From: Vicugna vicugna
Taxonomy: Eukaryota
Direction of reading: 5' to 3'
Length of the DNA: 64,000 bases
Assembly: GCA_013265495.1 (NCBI GenBank)
Contig: MU058669.1
Coordinates: 602,056-666,055, forward strand
Shown here: positions 38,105 through 50,280 of the stretch, piece after piece
Layout: every line of letters begins with the position of its first letter
Position numbering within the stretch: the first letter of the stretch is position 1
Program-made: the position numbers and the translations under genes
The notes under the pieces: generated by a model
What the model saw: the letters and a program-made list of their open reading frames with translations, nothing else
Database searches by the model: none
Told to the model about the DNA's origin: nothing

Positions 38105-38792
38105 GTCTCCAAGCTAAACCTTCTTGCATCAGGTGTTGAAAGGGATAAGCCTGCAGGAGGTATGGTTGCTGTCTTTGTAGGGTTCAGAGGAAGTCAGTCC
38201 GCAGAGGCACCCAGGTCTCTGAAATTAAATCTGCTCATTCCTCCAAATTTTCCACCACCGCTGTTGTTACCATTCCAGACCCCAAAGTACAGATCAATTC
38301 CTTACAAGTAGGCTGAGCATTTTTTTCTTTTCCTTTACTGTGTGTCTCTATCCTCTTCCTTAAAGCTTATTTCTTTTTAATTTTCTTTTATTTCCTGTCT
38401 TTGGATTCATATATATATTTATGAGTTTCAGCTTGGCTGCTGTTCCCAAATGTCTTTATGCCCAAGATTGTGATTCTTGGTCCTTATTCTTTCTGTTTAT
38501 TATTTTCCTCCTTCCTTTTAACAAGAACCCATATCTCTGTAGCCATGGTCCATCCTTATTTATTTTCCACAAATATTAGTACGAAGCTTCAGCCGTCTGG
38601 GGTGAAGACACAAGAGGAGACAGTGGGCTCATGAGTGTTGTACAATGTACAATGTGTTCTAAAGAAAAACATCGGAGGTGGGAAATTCACACAGTGTTAT
38701 GGAAATGGAGGTCCAGCTGATATACACCACCCTCTACCACCCTTTGGGAAGGCTCATGTCTGTCCTTTTGTCTGCTTCTCCCTTAGTCTTCT

Positions 38793-39353
38793 TGGAGAGG
38801 AAGAAAATTTCCTCTACCTTTCTATGTCCTTCTGGCTGGTCTAAAGAATAAACTGACATGAGACAGATTAACAAAAGAAAGTCAAACGAAAGTTTAATAC
38901 CGTGAATACATGGGAGAGACCTGGAAAAACTAAGTAACTTAACAAATGGCTGAAGCTCTTACCTTAAATACAATCTTCAGCTAAAGACTGAAAGGGTGTT
39001 GTGGGATAGTGGTTTGGGACTTCACAGAGGAGAAAGGCGATTTACATGGAAATGGAAAAGCAAATGTTTGGTATACAAATGTTTGCTGGGTCACGCAGAG
39101 ACATGGGACATAGAGAGGAATTTTAATAAACAGACTGTGCTACATTCCTCCTTGTCTCCACCCCTAGTTCATACTGTCATTATCTATAGTGATAGCCGCC
39201 TTCCTGAAACTGGTCCTCCATCTACATTCTTTTAGGCAGTGAGGCTGGGAGGTAAAAGTTTTTCCCGAGTCTTCTGGGCCTTGATTGATTTTAACTTGAA
39301 ACAATCCACATGCCAAAGAGACAGTTTGGGGTGGCAAGCTTTTCTCCTCTACA
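38793..39353 (-). mobile_element. MER34-like ERV1 solo LTR, inverted relative to 36323-36881
   Basis: Reverse-complement similarity to 36323-36881 (e.g. caaatgtttgctgggtcacgcagagac vs gtctctgcgtggcccagcaaacattt); ends tcctctaca. Confidence 0.8.
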
Positions 39354-40344
39354 GTATTCTCCCTATGTTTTCCCTTCCAGACATTTGGTTACACTTTCCC
39401 CTGGTTTTCGTACTGTAGGATGATCTGTGTTTGTAACAAGATCCCAGGTGATTCTGAGGTGCCTGGTTTGAGGACCACACTGTCTGATCTGCCTCCCTCC
39501 TGGTCCTTTTATAATCAAATACAGCCAGCGGACTAGTCATAAGAAAGCCGGGAAGGGTTATGGGTAGCATCTAAACCTTGAATTGTGGGAAGTCGGGGCA
39601 GTTCCTTTGGGTTTCTTTCGTTTTTTGAGGAATCAGCTGAACAAGGCAGATAGTATTCCTGAGGGTTTAGGTGGATTCCTTCACGCAGTCCAACTGTTAT
39701 CTGCTGAGAACCAGGACTGGAGCACAGAATTAGAAGGCCTTGTCTCTACGACCATTGCTGGGTTAGAGAGATAGGCAGAGTGCACCCTATTTTAATCCTA
39801 TTCTGGGTGATGAGAAATGAAATAAACAGACACCAAAAGGAGTTAAGCAACAAATAGAGGCTCTCTGTTAATATGACCAGATGAGACAACATGAAGCTGA
39901 TGAAAATTGAAAATAGGAACCCCAAGAAGGGAGAGCATTATGAACTGCCTTGTAGGGAGTGAGGATTGAGAGAAGCCAGTGTTTTCAATGTTGATGATTT
40001 GATATGGGATTTTTTTTTTTTTTAAAGAGAGAGCTACCAACCCATCTCTGGCATAAAAATGGAGCCAAAAATTTCGTGTGCATCAGACATATTGTGGCTA
40101 CACTCTGTGGCTTTTGCTTTGTCAGGAATTCCACTACTGGAAATCCTTCGCATAAACAGTGTATCACCTTGTGAAGAGTTTAAACAATTGGCTCAAGAAA
40201 AAAAGAGTGTAGCCAAGATGAAGTTTTTAGTACAGTGACTCTTGATGCTTCCTGGAATGAACAAGCCCAAGGACAGAAAGGGACTTTAGGAGTCCATCAT
40301 TCAACTGTCCAGGCCTGGGTTTGCAAAGCTATTACCCCATCGTG

Positions 40345-40710
40345 ATCTCGCCAACAGAAATAGGAAATGAGCCACAGGTTCTAGCCACAGATTTTCAATT
40401 TTCTGGCATGTCAGCCGTAGGCCAGAAATGCGAGACACAAATTTTGAATTTTCTGGTAGCCACATTAAAGAAAGGAAAAGGAAACAGGAGAAATTAATTA
40501 AAATATATTTTATTTGACTCAAGTGTATCAAAATATTACAATTTCAATGTGAAATCAAAGTAAAAATTGAGATATTTTATGTTTTTTTTTAACTCGGGTT
40601 TTGAACTCCTGTGACTTTTTTTTATACTTACAGCATGTCTCATTTTAGACTTGCCACATTGCAAGTGCTCAATAGCCATGTGTGGCTGGTGGTTAATGTG
40701 TTAGCATGGT
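40345..40710. mobile_element. MER33-like hAT-Charlie element
   Basis: ttttctggtagccacattaaa...gccacattgcaagtgctcaatagccatgtgtggctggtgg. Confidence 0.75.
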
Positions 40711-43649
40711 TCTACAGACTGTTTGCTTTTTTAAGTTGCTTTGGTTGCAAAGGCTTTGCTGCCACAATTCACGATCTAGTCAACATGGTCCTGATTTGTA
40801 TGGTTAATGGAGGTGCAGCATATAACATACATTGTATGAATTGCTTATTGTAGGAATATAGAACTCCCTATTTCAATAGTTGAACATGACCATCAGTGGT
40901 ATTGCTGGAACATTTGAATGTTGTTATGATACATAATTTAGAACAAGGGTTCTAGTAATTCAAATACTTTTCAACACATATTTAACCATTATCTATTTGT
41001 ACTAACTATGCCCCAACATTGCTCTTGGATTAGGGATAGGGCAATGAACAAAACAGGCAGAGTCACTGTCCATGTGGAGACCATGTTCTCGATGGGGGAG
41101 GTAGACAGTAAATAAACAAGTAAACATAGTGTGTGTCAGACGACAAGTGCTATGGAGAAAAATTAAGAAACCAGAATAGAGAGTGCTGGGGTGAGACTTT
41201 ACTTGTAAATTCTAACATTAGCCAGAAGTGATCTAAATTGTTTTCTCTTTTTCCCTCTGAGACCCTTACAGAGAGACACTTATCCCTACTTTTTATCTTT
41301 TCACTTTAGTGACCAACTACCCCTCCCTTCCCCAAATCTAAAGCTCATGGATTAAAGATACTGTGTTTTATTCTTCCTGGTACATATATTAACATGCCCA
41401 GGGAGAATTATCCAACTGCCTTTTTTGAAGTTCAAGAAAAAAAATGCTTTGGAAGTTTCTTGATTTCAGTTGTATTCTCTGCTCAGTGGTAGAAATGAGA
41501 AGTAAAAATGAATGGTGAGGGCATTAGTTTGAATGAAGCCACACGACATTCTCTATCTAAATAATGAAAATTGTTTACTGTTACTATTTTTCTTTTCTTT
41601 TCTGAGGTAACTTTGCTTCTGTCACAACTTGTATAGTATTGATTCAACTTTTTAAAGCTTTTGTTAATTGACTGAAACACAACTCAAGCTATCTAATCTT
41701 TAAGAGGGCATTTACTGGCTCTCATGACTATAAAGTCTAGAGCACATGGCTTCAGGCAGAACTGCATCCAGGAACTCAAATGAAATCACTAGCAATTCAT
41801 ATTTCTCTACTCTTAGCCCTGATTTTTACCGTACCGTTTCACCCAGGCACAGATTGTCCATGTGACGGTGATATGGTTTATCATCTGCCAGCTTAGCAAC
41901 CCATGTGAAAACACCTTTTTCCCAATTGATTCAGTAAGGATTTCAGGTGGCTCTCAGTGGCCATGCTTGAGTTATATGCCTGTTCACGGGGGTTTCAGTG
42001 TTATGGCTGGGCTGTCTTGGGTTGTATGCTCACCTCTGGACCTGTGATAGATTTCATCCTATAATTATCACATGATCTGAAAATGGAGGAGAGATGCTCT
42101 TGTCAGAAGGCAGTAGAATGGTAGCTGGAAAAGAAAAAAAATAGTTTATTCCATGGACTAGCTATGACAGGTAGAAATATGTGAAGAAAGAGACCTGTGC
42201 TCCCAGCCAAAAGACCTAGGTCTGGGTACTCTATATTCTGTAAATTACTAAGATAGTATTTTGCATTGTTAAATGTAAGTGTCCTCACTTGTGGAATGGG
42301 AATAATATTCCTTGCTCCGCTTAATTGACATGGTTGTGGGGAGAATAAATTTTGATCAAAGATGCATAAGAGATTTGCATATGTTAACATACAGCATAGA
42401 TATTTTATAATCCACAGTCACTGATTCCTTTATCAACCAACTGAAATTCAAGGGACTAGATGAGAAAGTGCTTCCTGTTCAAACACATTGAATTATGGAA
42501 ATCATAGCAATAGAGGAACTAATTTTTAAGACATTTAAAATAGAATATTCCAGGGTTTTAAACCAGGAATATAAAGTAGCTTCAATACAGTAAGATATAG
42601 GAGAAAATTAAAGGAAGATTTTCCAGAATCTTCCTCCAACTTCTCCCTCTTGATTTCCCTTCCATTTAACAGCAGTTGTTTTCTTGTCCCCTCCTTTGGT
42701 TTCAGGGCTGCTTAATTCCTGCCTTGGAAGTAAGTATATAAATAGATGACCCCAAAGGAGCAAGAGATGCTCTTAGTATCTAGCTTGGTTGGTGGCACCC
42801 TACATCTTTCTCATTAGTCTGGGTCTTCCAAGAAGCAGAAGCTAAAATGGGATTACATGTCCAAGAATTTCACTAGGGGAGCTAATTGGGAGAAAAACAA
42901 TGGGGAGGGAGGCAGGAGAGTGTGGGAGAGCTATCAGACTACAGCACAAATATGACTCCTAACATAGGAGGGAGGGAAGAAAGACTTGTTGGAAGCACCA
43001 TAGACTGATGGGAAGTCAAAGGCTATCTCAGGGATAGGTGGCCATAGTATCCTTCCACACCCAGTCATTGGTTGGGAGCAGTGGTGGAGAAACTTTGCTG
43101 GATTTCATCAGCAGGGGCCCTTGGTGAATTACGCTCCCTGTAGTCGAAGATGTGTGAAGTACATTTGCTTGGCAACCACACTTTTGTTCATTTTTTCCCA
43201 CTTGTTTATTCAGTAGGTATATATCGTGCACCTAATGTGGTCAGGAACCATGATGGGCACAGGAAATCTAGCAATGAATGTGACAGAAAAGGTCCCTGTC
43301 TTCATGAAGCTTACTTTCTAGTGGTCTGAGTATCGACTTTCCATTGGACTCTCCTGGACTTCATCTTTGTCTCTCATAAACTTATAAATTATCTACTCTT
43401 ACCTCTGCCTACTCCTTACATATATTCTCTCTGGCTTGGTTGCTAAACTCAGCTTTAGATAGTCTGGTCTTAGGGATCAAGCCCTAAGTGGGAAATCACA
43501 AGGTTAGCGAGTCCCAAGAATTAAGGTTCAGGGTTAGTCCCGAGGAGGGTCAAAGCCTTCCCTCTATCTGTTGGCCCTGCCTGGAAAGTCCTTGTTAGCA
43601 AAATTATTGCATCACATTTGGAAAGAATTAAAATTTCTTACCCTAGCAT

Positions 43650-44110
43650 AACATAAAAGTCCTATTTGGTTATGCCTATTCTTTTCTCACTGATTTTATT
43701 CGCTTCCCTCACCATGCTGTAGCTACACAAGCTTTGTTTCTGTTCTTCAAACATACCTCACTCTTCCCCTTGGGTATTTTATCTGCCTGGAACTGCTCTT
43801 AGTTTGTCTGTCAGAGCCTTGTCTCTAGACCCCCATCTCAAATATTGCTTTCCCAGAGAGGCTTTCCTGACCATCCAGTCTAAAGTGGCTACTTGTTAAT
43901 CTACCACGTCACCTTATTATAATTCTCTGCATAGCCTTTCTCAGAATTGGGTATATATTTTTCTTGTGTCTTTAATGTCTTTGTCTACAACTAGAATGTA
44001 AGTTCAAGAAGTCAGAAATATTATTTATCTTGCTGTCCACATGTTTCTAATCTAGAGCCTAGAATAATTGTCTTGCAGGAGGATACCAATAATTTCTTAT
44101 TGGACGAGTG
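43650..44110 (+). mobile_element. L2 LINE 3' fragment
   Basis: cccagagaggctttcctgaccatccagtctaaagt...ctagaatgtaagttc...gagcctagaataa. Confidence 0.7.
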
Positions 44111-44459
44111 CAGAGAAATGGGTGGATGAGAGTTTAACAGCTTCAGAATCATGGAAAGCTTCCATGAAGACTTGCCTTCCCAAATTCACATAAATAGGAT
44201 CCAATTCCTGACTTGCCATCAGAGGGCAGAGACCATCTGAGAAGCTGAGACCTTTAGGTATCCTGATTGGATGGGATAATTCAAACATAGCAGCTGCCAG
44301 ATTTTTTCTTTTTTTCTTCTTGGGTCTGTCTGTCACGTACTGCTGAACCACACTGAGGTTTCCTGGATCCAGTCTGGCCAGGTCTCTTAGGAAGACTATC
44401 TTAATCCAATTTTTCTTCTCTATGTCTTGTACAGGGGTGACTTTCTTTTCCTTAAGGCA

Positions 44460-45130
44460 GCTACTAGTTATCGAGTACCTCCTATGTTCCAGGAGTTGAG
44501 CTTGTTGTTTTGAAATTTAGAATTGAATAACAGGGCCTTTGCACTTGAGGGGTTTGCAGTCCTCACAGGAAAGCGTGTCATACAAGAAAAATAAAAGAAC
44601 AGGATATGGGGTTAGAATAGAATGCCTGAGTCATGATTTCTCAAGAGAAACATTAGATCTGTGTTTGAAAGAACTGACAGAAGTTTAGAAAGAAGAATAT
44701 CCAGAAGGGGCATTCAGAGAGAAAAATAGCATAAAAGAAGGCAGGGAAGCACATGGTGAATTCAGGAACAGAGTGGCTGGAATATGCATCAAGGGGAGAA
44801 GCAGAAGGAAATGAAACTGAGGTGGCAGGATAAACCCCAATTACAGAAGGTCCGAATGTCACACAAATGATTTCAGACTTTTTTTTTTTCTGAAATAGTG
44901 GATAGGCTTAGAAAAGGTTTTGAGCAGGGGAGAGACAGTTTCAGATGGTGCTTTCAGAATTTCACTGTGTTGTGTTGTAAAGACTGAGGGAGACACAGAC
45001 TAAAAAGGGCTTTTTAAAGAAAACTACCTTTCTATTGTAAGGGGTAGTGGTTGTCATTCTTACTGCTGTATAGAAAACCCTGACTAGGGGCTGTGCAGTG
45101 GAAATGTCTATTTGGATTAGTTCAATTAAA
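44460..45130 (-). mobile_element. L2 LINE fragment
   Basis: ttatcgagtacctcctatgttccagg...ggttttgagcaggggagagac...tcactgtgttgtgttgtaaaga. Confidence 0.6.
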
Positions 45131-45246
45131 AAAAGCACTTTTGTTTTACACAAGTGATACAAGTTTATGATAGAAAAAAATACACATGAGCAACAAAGAA
45201 AACTAAATTGCCCCTAAAACCCCCACACAGAGATAACTACAGTTAC

Positions 45247-45250
45247 GTGT

Positions 45251-45282
<32 letters not shown>

Positions 45283-45283
45283 G
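45247..45283. repeat. (GT)n microsatellite
   Basis: gtgtgtgtgtttgtgtgtgtgtgtgtgtgtgtgtgtg. Confidence 0.95.
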
Positions 45284-45892
45284 GTGGGGAGCTATTCAGT
45301 GTGTTTTGTACGTATTCTGTACATATGCTTTTTTTGCTTTATGATGTATCACAGACATAACTCTATATCATATCAATACTTAAATATCTCCCTAATTATT
45401 TTAATGGTTAAAATAGTTCCATTGGGTTGAGGTACCCCAAAGTCTTGAACCAACTTCCTCTTGTAAGATTTATTCTGTATTTGTTAAGAGAGTGGAAAGT
45501 GGGGGAAAGGTTCATGATCTGTGAACTTTGGACAAGGAGAAAATTTTGAAGATTTTCAGAGAGGATTAACATGACTGGAAACCAGTTCAGCACAAAATTT
45601 CCAAATCTGTGAGGCTTTTCAAATAGTTTGTAGCCTGTTAGGCTTGAGATAGGGCTGGAGGGTGACCCTTGGGGTTTTCTCTGGATTCAGGGAGCTCAAA
45701 AGACTTAGTCGTTCTTATCTGCCCACTGCCATGGCAGGAACTTGGCACCTGAGTCTGAGCTGCTTTGACTTTGGAAAGGAGGATTGGAGGCCAGGAGTGC
45801 TTCTGGGCCCTGGGTTTCCAAACCTCTGGCTGTGAGCCTTAAGATCAGAAGTTATCAAACTTTTTGGATAAGTTCCCCTCTCAGTAAGCTAC

Positions 45893-48087
45893 TTTTTTTG
45901 TTTTTGTTTTTTATTTTAGCATTTTTTAAAATTGAGGTATAGTCAGTTTACAATGTTGTGTTAATTTCTGGTGTACAGCACAATGCTTCAGTCATACATG
46001 AAGATACTTATATTCATTTTCATATTCTTTATCACTGTGAGCTACTACAAGATATTGAATATATTTTGCTGTGCTATACAGTATAAAGCTGTTTATCTAT
46101 TTTATATATACCAGTCAGTATCAGCAAATCTTGAACTCCCAGTTTATCTCTTCCCACCCACCTACCTGCTGGCAACCACAAGTCTGTATTCTATGTCTGT
46201 GAATCTGTTTCTGTGTTATATATAAGTTCATTTTTTTTTTTTTACATTCCACATATGAGTGATAGCATATGGTATTTTTCTTTCTCTTTCTGGCTTACTT
46301 CACTTAGAATGACATTCTCTAGGGCCATCCATGTTGCTGCAAATGGAATTATTTTCTCATTTTTATGGCTGAGTAGCATTCCATTGTATAAATATACCAC
46401 AACTTTTTTATCCAGTCATCTGTGGATGGACATTTAGGTTATTTCCATGTCTTGGCTATTGTATATAGTGCTGCTATGAATATTGGGGTGCATGTATCTT
46501 TTTGAATTAGAGTTCCCTCTGGATATATGCCTCGGAGTGGGAATGCTGGGTCATATGGTAAGTCTATTTTTAGTCTTTGAGGAATCTCCATAGTGTTTTC
46601 CACAATGGCTGCACCAAACTGTATTCCCACCAACAGCGTAGGAGTGTTCCCTTTTCTCCACAGCCTCTCCAGCATTTATCATTTGTAGACTTTTGAATGA
46701 TGGCTATTCTGACTGGTGTGAGGTGATACGTCATTGTAGTTTTGATTTGCATTTCTCTGATAATTAGTGATATTGAGCATTTTTTTCATGAGCCTATTGG
46801 TCATTCATATGTCTTCATTGGAGAATTGCTTGTTTAGGTCTTCTGCCCATTTTTGGATTGGATTGTTTGTTTTTTCTATATCAAATCATATGAGCTGTTT
46901 ATATATTCTGAAAGTCAAGCCCTTGTCAGTCTTATCTTTTGCAAATATTTTCTCCCATTCTGTAGGTTGTCATTTTGTTTTGCTTATGGTTCCCTCTGCT
47001 GTGCAAAAGCTTGTAAGTGTAATTAAGTCCCATTTGTTTATTCTTGTTTTTATTTCTATTGCTTGAGTAGACTGCCCTAGAAGAATATTTTTGAGATGTA
47101 TGTCAGATAATATTTGGCCTATGTTTTCTTCTAGGAGGTTTATTGTATCTTGTCTTATGTTTAAGTCTTTGATCCATTTTGAGTTTATTTTTGTGTATGG
47201 TATAAGGGAGTGTTCTAGCTTCATTGATTTACATGCAGCTATCTAGTTTTCCTAACACCATTTGCTGAAGAGACTGTCTTTATTCTATTGTATGTTCTTG
47301 CCTCGTTTCTCAAAGTTTAGTTAATCAAAAGTTTGTGGGTACATTTCTGGGCTCTCTATTCTGTTCCATTGGTCCATATGTCTGTTTTTGTACCAATATC
47401 ATGCTGTCTTGATTACTGTAGCTCTGTAGTATTGTCTGAAGTCTGGGAGGGTTATTCCTCCAGCTTCATTTTTTTCTTCAGTAATGCTTTGGCACTTCTG
47501 GGTTTTTTGTGATACCATATAAATTTTAATATGATTTGTTCTAGTTCTGTGAAAAATGTCCTGGGTAATTTGATAGAGATTGCATTAAATCTGTAGATTG
47601 CCTTGGCCATTCTAACAGTATTGATCTTCCAAACCAGGAGAATGGGATATCTTTCCATTTCTTTAAGTCTTCTTTAATTTCCTTAATTAATGTTTTGTAG
47701 TTCTCTGTGTGTAAGTCTTTCACCTCCTTGGTTAGATTTATTCCTAGGTATTTTATTACTTTGGGTGCTATTTTAAAGGGGATTGTTTCTTTACTTTCTT
47801 TTTCTGTTGATTCATTGTTAGTGTAAAGAAATGCAACTGATTTTTGTACATTAATCTTATATCCTGCTACCTTGCTGAAATCTTTTATTAGCTCTGGTAA
47901 TTTTTGTGTGGAGCTTTTAGGGTTTTCTATATATAGTATCATGTTGTCTACATATAGTGACAATTTTACCTTTTCTTTTCCAGTTTGGATCCCTTCCTCT
48001 TTTCTTTTCTTTTCTTTTCTTCTCTTTCTTTCTTTTTCTTTCTTTCTTTCTCTTTCTCTCTCTTTCCTTTCTCTTTCCCTTTCTTTC

Positions 48088-48154
<67 letters not shown>

Positions 48155-48216
48155 CTCTCTCTCTCCCTCTCTTCCTTCCTTCCTTCCTTCCTTTCTTTCT
48201 CTTTTCTCTTTCTTTC

Positions 48217-48251
<35 letters not shown>

Positions 48252-49305
48252 CTCTCTCTCTCCCTCTCTTCCTTCCTTTCTTTCTTTCTTTCTCTTTTCT
48301 TTCTTTCTTTCTCTCTCTCTTTCTCTCTTTCTCTCCCTCTCTTCCTCCCTCCCTCCCTCCCTTTCTTTCTTTCTCTCTTTCTCTCTTTCTCTCTCTCTCT
48401 CTTTCTCTCTTTCTCTCTTTCTGCCTAAGTGCTGTGGCTAGGACTTCCAAGACTATGTTAAATAGAAGTGGTGAGAGTGGACAACCTTGTCTTGTCCCAG
48501 ATTTTAGTGGGAAGGTTTTCAGTTTTTCACTGTTGAGTACTATGCTGACTGTAGGTTTGTCATAAATAGCTTTTATTATATTGAGATATATTCCCTATAT
48601 ACCCATTTTGGTGAGAGCTTTTATCATAAATGGTTGTTGAATTTTATCAAATACTTCTTGTTCATCTATTGAGATGATCATGTGGTTTTTCCTTTCTTTT
48701 GTGGTTGTGGTATATCACATTGATTGATTTGCATGTGTTGAACCATTCTTGTGTTCCTGGGATGAACCCAACTTGATCATGGTGCATGTACTTTATGTGC
48801 TACTGGATTCCATTTGCTAATATTTTGTTGAGGATTTTTGCTTCTGTGTTCATCAGTGATACTGGTCTCTAATTTTCTTTTTTGGTAGTATCTTTGTCTG
48901 GTTTTGGTATCAGGGGGATGGTGGCTTCATAGAATGAGTTTGGAAGTACTCCCTCCTTTTCAATCTGCTGGAAGAGTTTGAGAAGGACTGGTATGAGTTC
49001 TTCTTTGTATGTTTGGTAGAATTCCCCAGTGAAGTCATTCGGTCCTGGACTTTTGTTTGCAGNNNNNNNNNNNNNNNNNNNNNNNNNNNNNNNNNNNNNN
49101 NNNNNNNNNNNNNNNNNNNNNNNNNNNNNNNAATTTCTTATCAATCTTGGTAGCCTGTATGGTTCCAGAAACTTGTCCATTTCTTCTAGGTTATCCAGTT
49201 TGTTTCCATATAGTTTTCATATGATATTTTGTATTTCTGTGGTATTGGCTGTAATTTCTCGATTTTCCTTTCTTATTTTATTTATTTGTACTCTCTCTTT
49301 CTTCT
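45893..49305 (-). mobile_element. LINE-1: 3'UTR plus disrupted ORF2 (RT and C-terminal Cys-rich regions)
   Basis: Peptides [78 protein letters not shown] and LPYDPAFPLRGIYP; multiple stops and frameshifts; poly-T at the left end; N gap 49063-49131. Confidence 0.97.
47995..48422. repeat. ~430 bp polypyrimidine compound microsatellite (TTTC/CT/TTCC) inside L1 ORF2
   Basis: C/T-only tract between the ORF2 codons for EVLATALRQ and the IQIGKE-equivalent segment. Confidence 0.97.
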
Positions 49306-49506
49306 TTTTTTCCCACATTTTTCCATTTATTTATTTATTTTTAACATTTTTTATTGATTTATAATCATTTTACAATGTTGTGTCAAATTCCAGTGTAGAG
49401 CACAATTTTTCAGTTATACACGAACATATATATATTCATTGTCACATTTTTTTCTCTGTGAGCTACCATAAGATCTTGTATGTATTTCCCTGTGCTATAC
49501 AGTATA
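49306..49506 (-). mobile_element. Second L1 3' end inserted in ORF2 of the first
   Basis: tttttattgatttataatcattttacaatgttgtgtcaaattccagtgtagagcac; ends at N gap 49507-49974. Confidence 0.85.
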
Positions 49507-49974
49507 NNNNNNNNNNNNNNNNNNNNNNNNNNNNNNNNNNNNNNNNNNNNNNNNNNNNNNNNNNNNNNNNNNNNNNNNNNNNNNNNNNNNNNNNNNNNNN
49601 NNNNNNNNNNNNNNNNNNNNNNNNNNNNNNNNNNNNNNNNNNNNNNNNNNNNNNNNNNNNNNNNNNNNNNNNNNNNNNNNNNNNNNNNNNNNNNNNNNNN
49701 NNNNNNNNNNNNNNNNNNNNNNNNNNNNNNNNNNNNNNNNNNNNNNNNNNNNNNNNNNNNNNNNNNNNNNNNNNNNNNNNNNNNNNNNNNNNNNNNNNNN
49801 NNNNNNNNNNNNNNNNNNNNNNNNNNNNNNNNNNNNNNNNNNNNNNNNNNNNNNNNNNNNNNNNNNNNNNNNNNNNNNNNNNNNNNNNNNNNNNNNNNNN
49901 NNNNNNNNNNNNNNNNNNNNNNNNNNNNNNNNNNNNNNNNNNNNNNNNNNNNNNNNNNNNNNNNNNNNNNNNNN

Positions 49975-50280
49975 GAAAAAAAAACAACAAAGCATAAATA
50001 CAAAACAAAAATAGACTCACAGACATAGAATACAAACTTGTGGTTGCCAAGGGGGCAGGGGGTGAGAAGAGATAGACTGGGATTTCAAAATTGTAGAATA
50101 GATAAACAAGATTATACTGTATAGCACAGGGAAATATATACAATATCTTATGGTAGCTCACAGAGAAAAAAATGTGACAATGAATATATATATGTTCATG
50201 TATAACTGAAAAATTGTGCTCTACACTGGAATTTGACACATTGTAAAATGATTATAAATCAATAAAAAATGTTAAATTTT
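49975..50280 (+). mobile_element. L1 3' end in opposite orientation
   Basis: gactcacagacatagaatacaaacttgtggttgccaagggg...tgtatagcacaggga...aataaaaaatg; near-identical reverse complement of 49340-49506. Confidence 0.9.

Noticed and set aside
36323..39353. Two related LTRs as the ends of one provirus
   Set aside because: They are inverted and diverged, the first has its own TSD, and no gag/pol sequence lies between them.
47872..48565. F/S/L-rich and K/E/R-rich ORFs of 147-202 aa
   Set aside because: Translations of the microsatellite.
49380..50239. Long ORFs here and at 19201-19600
   Set aside because: They run through N gaps.
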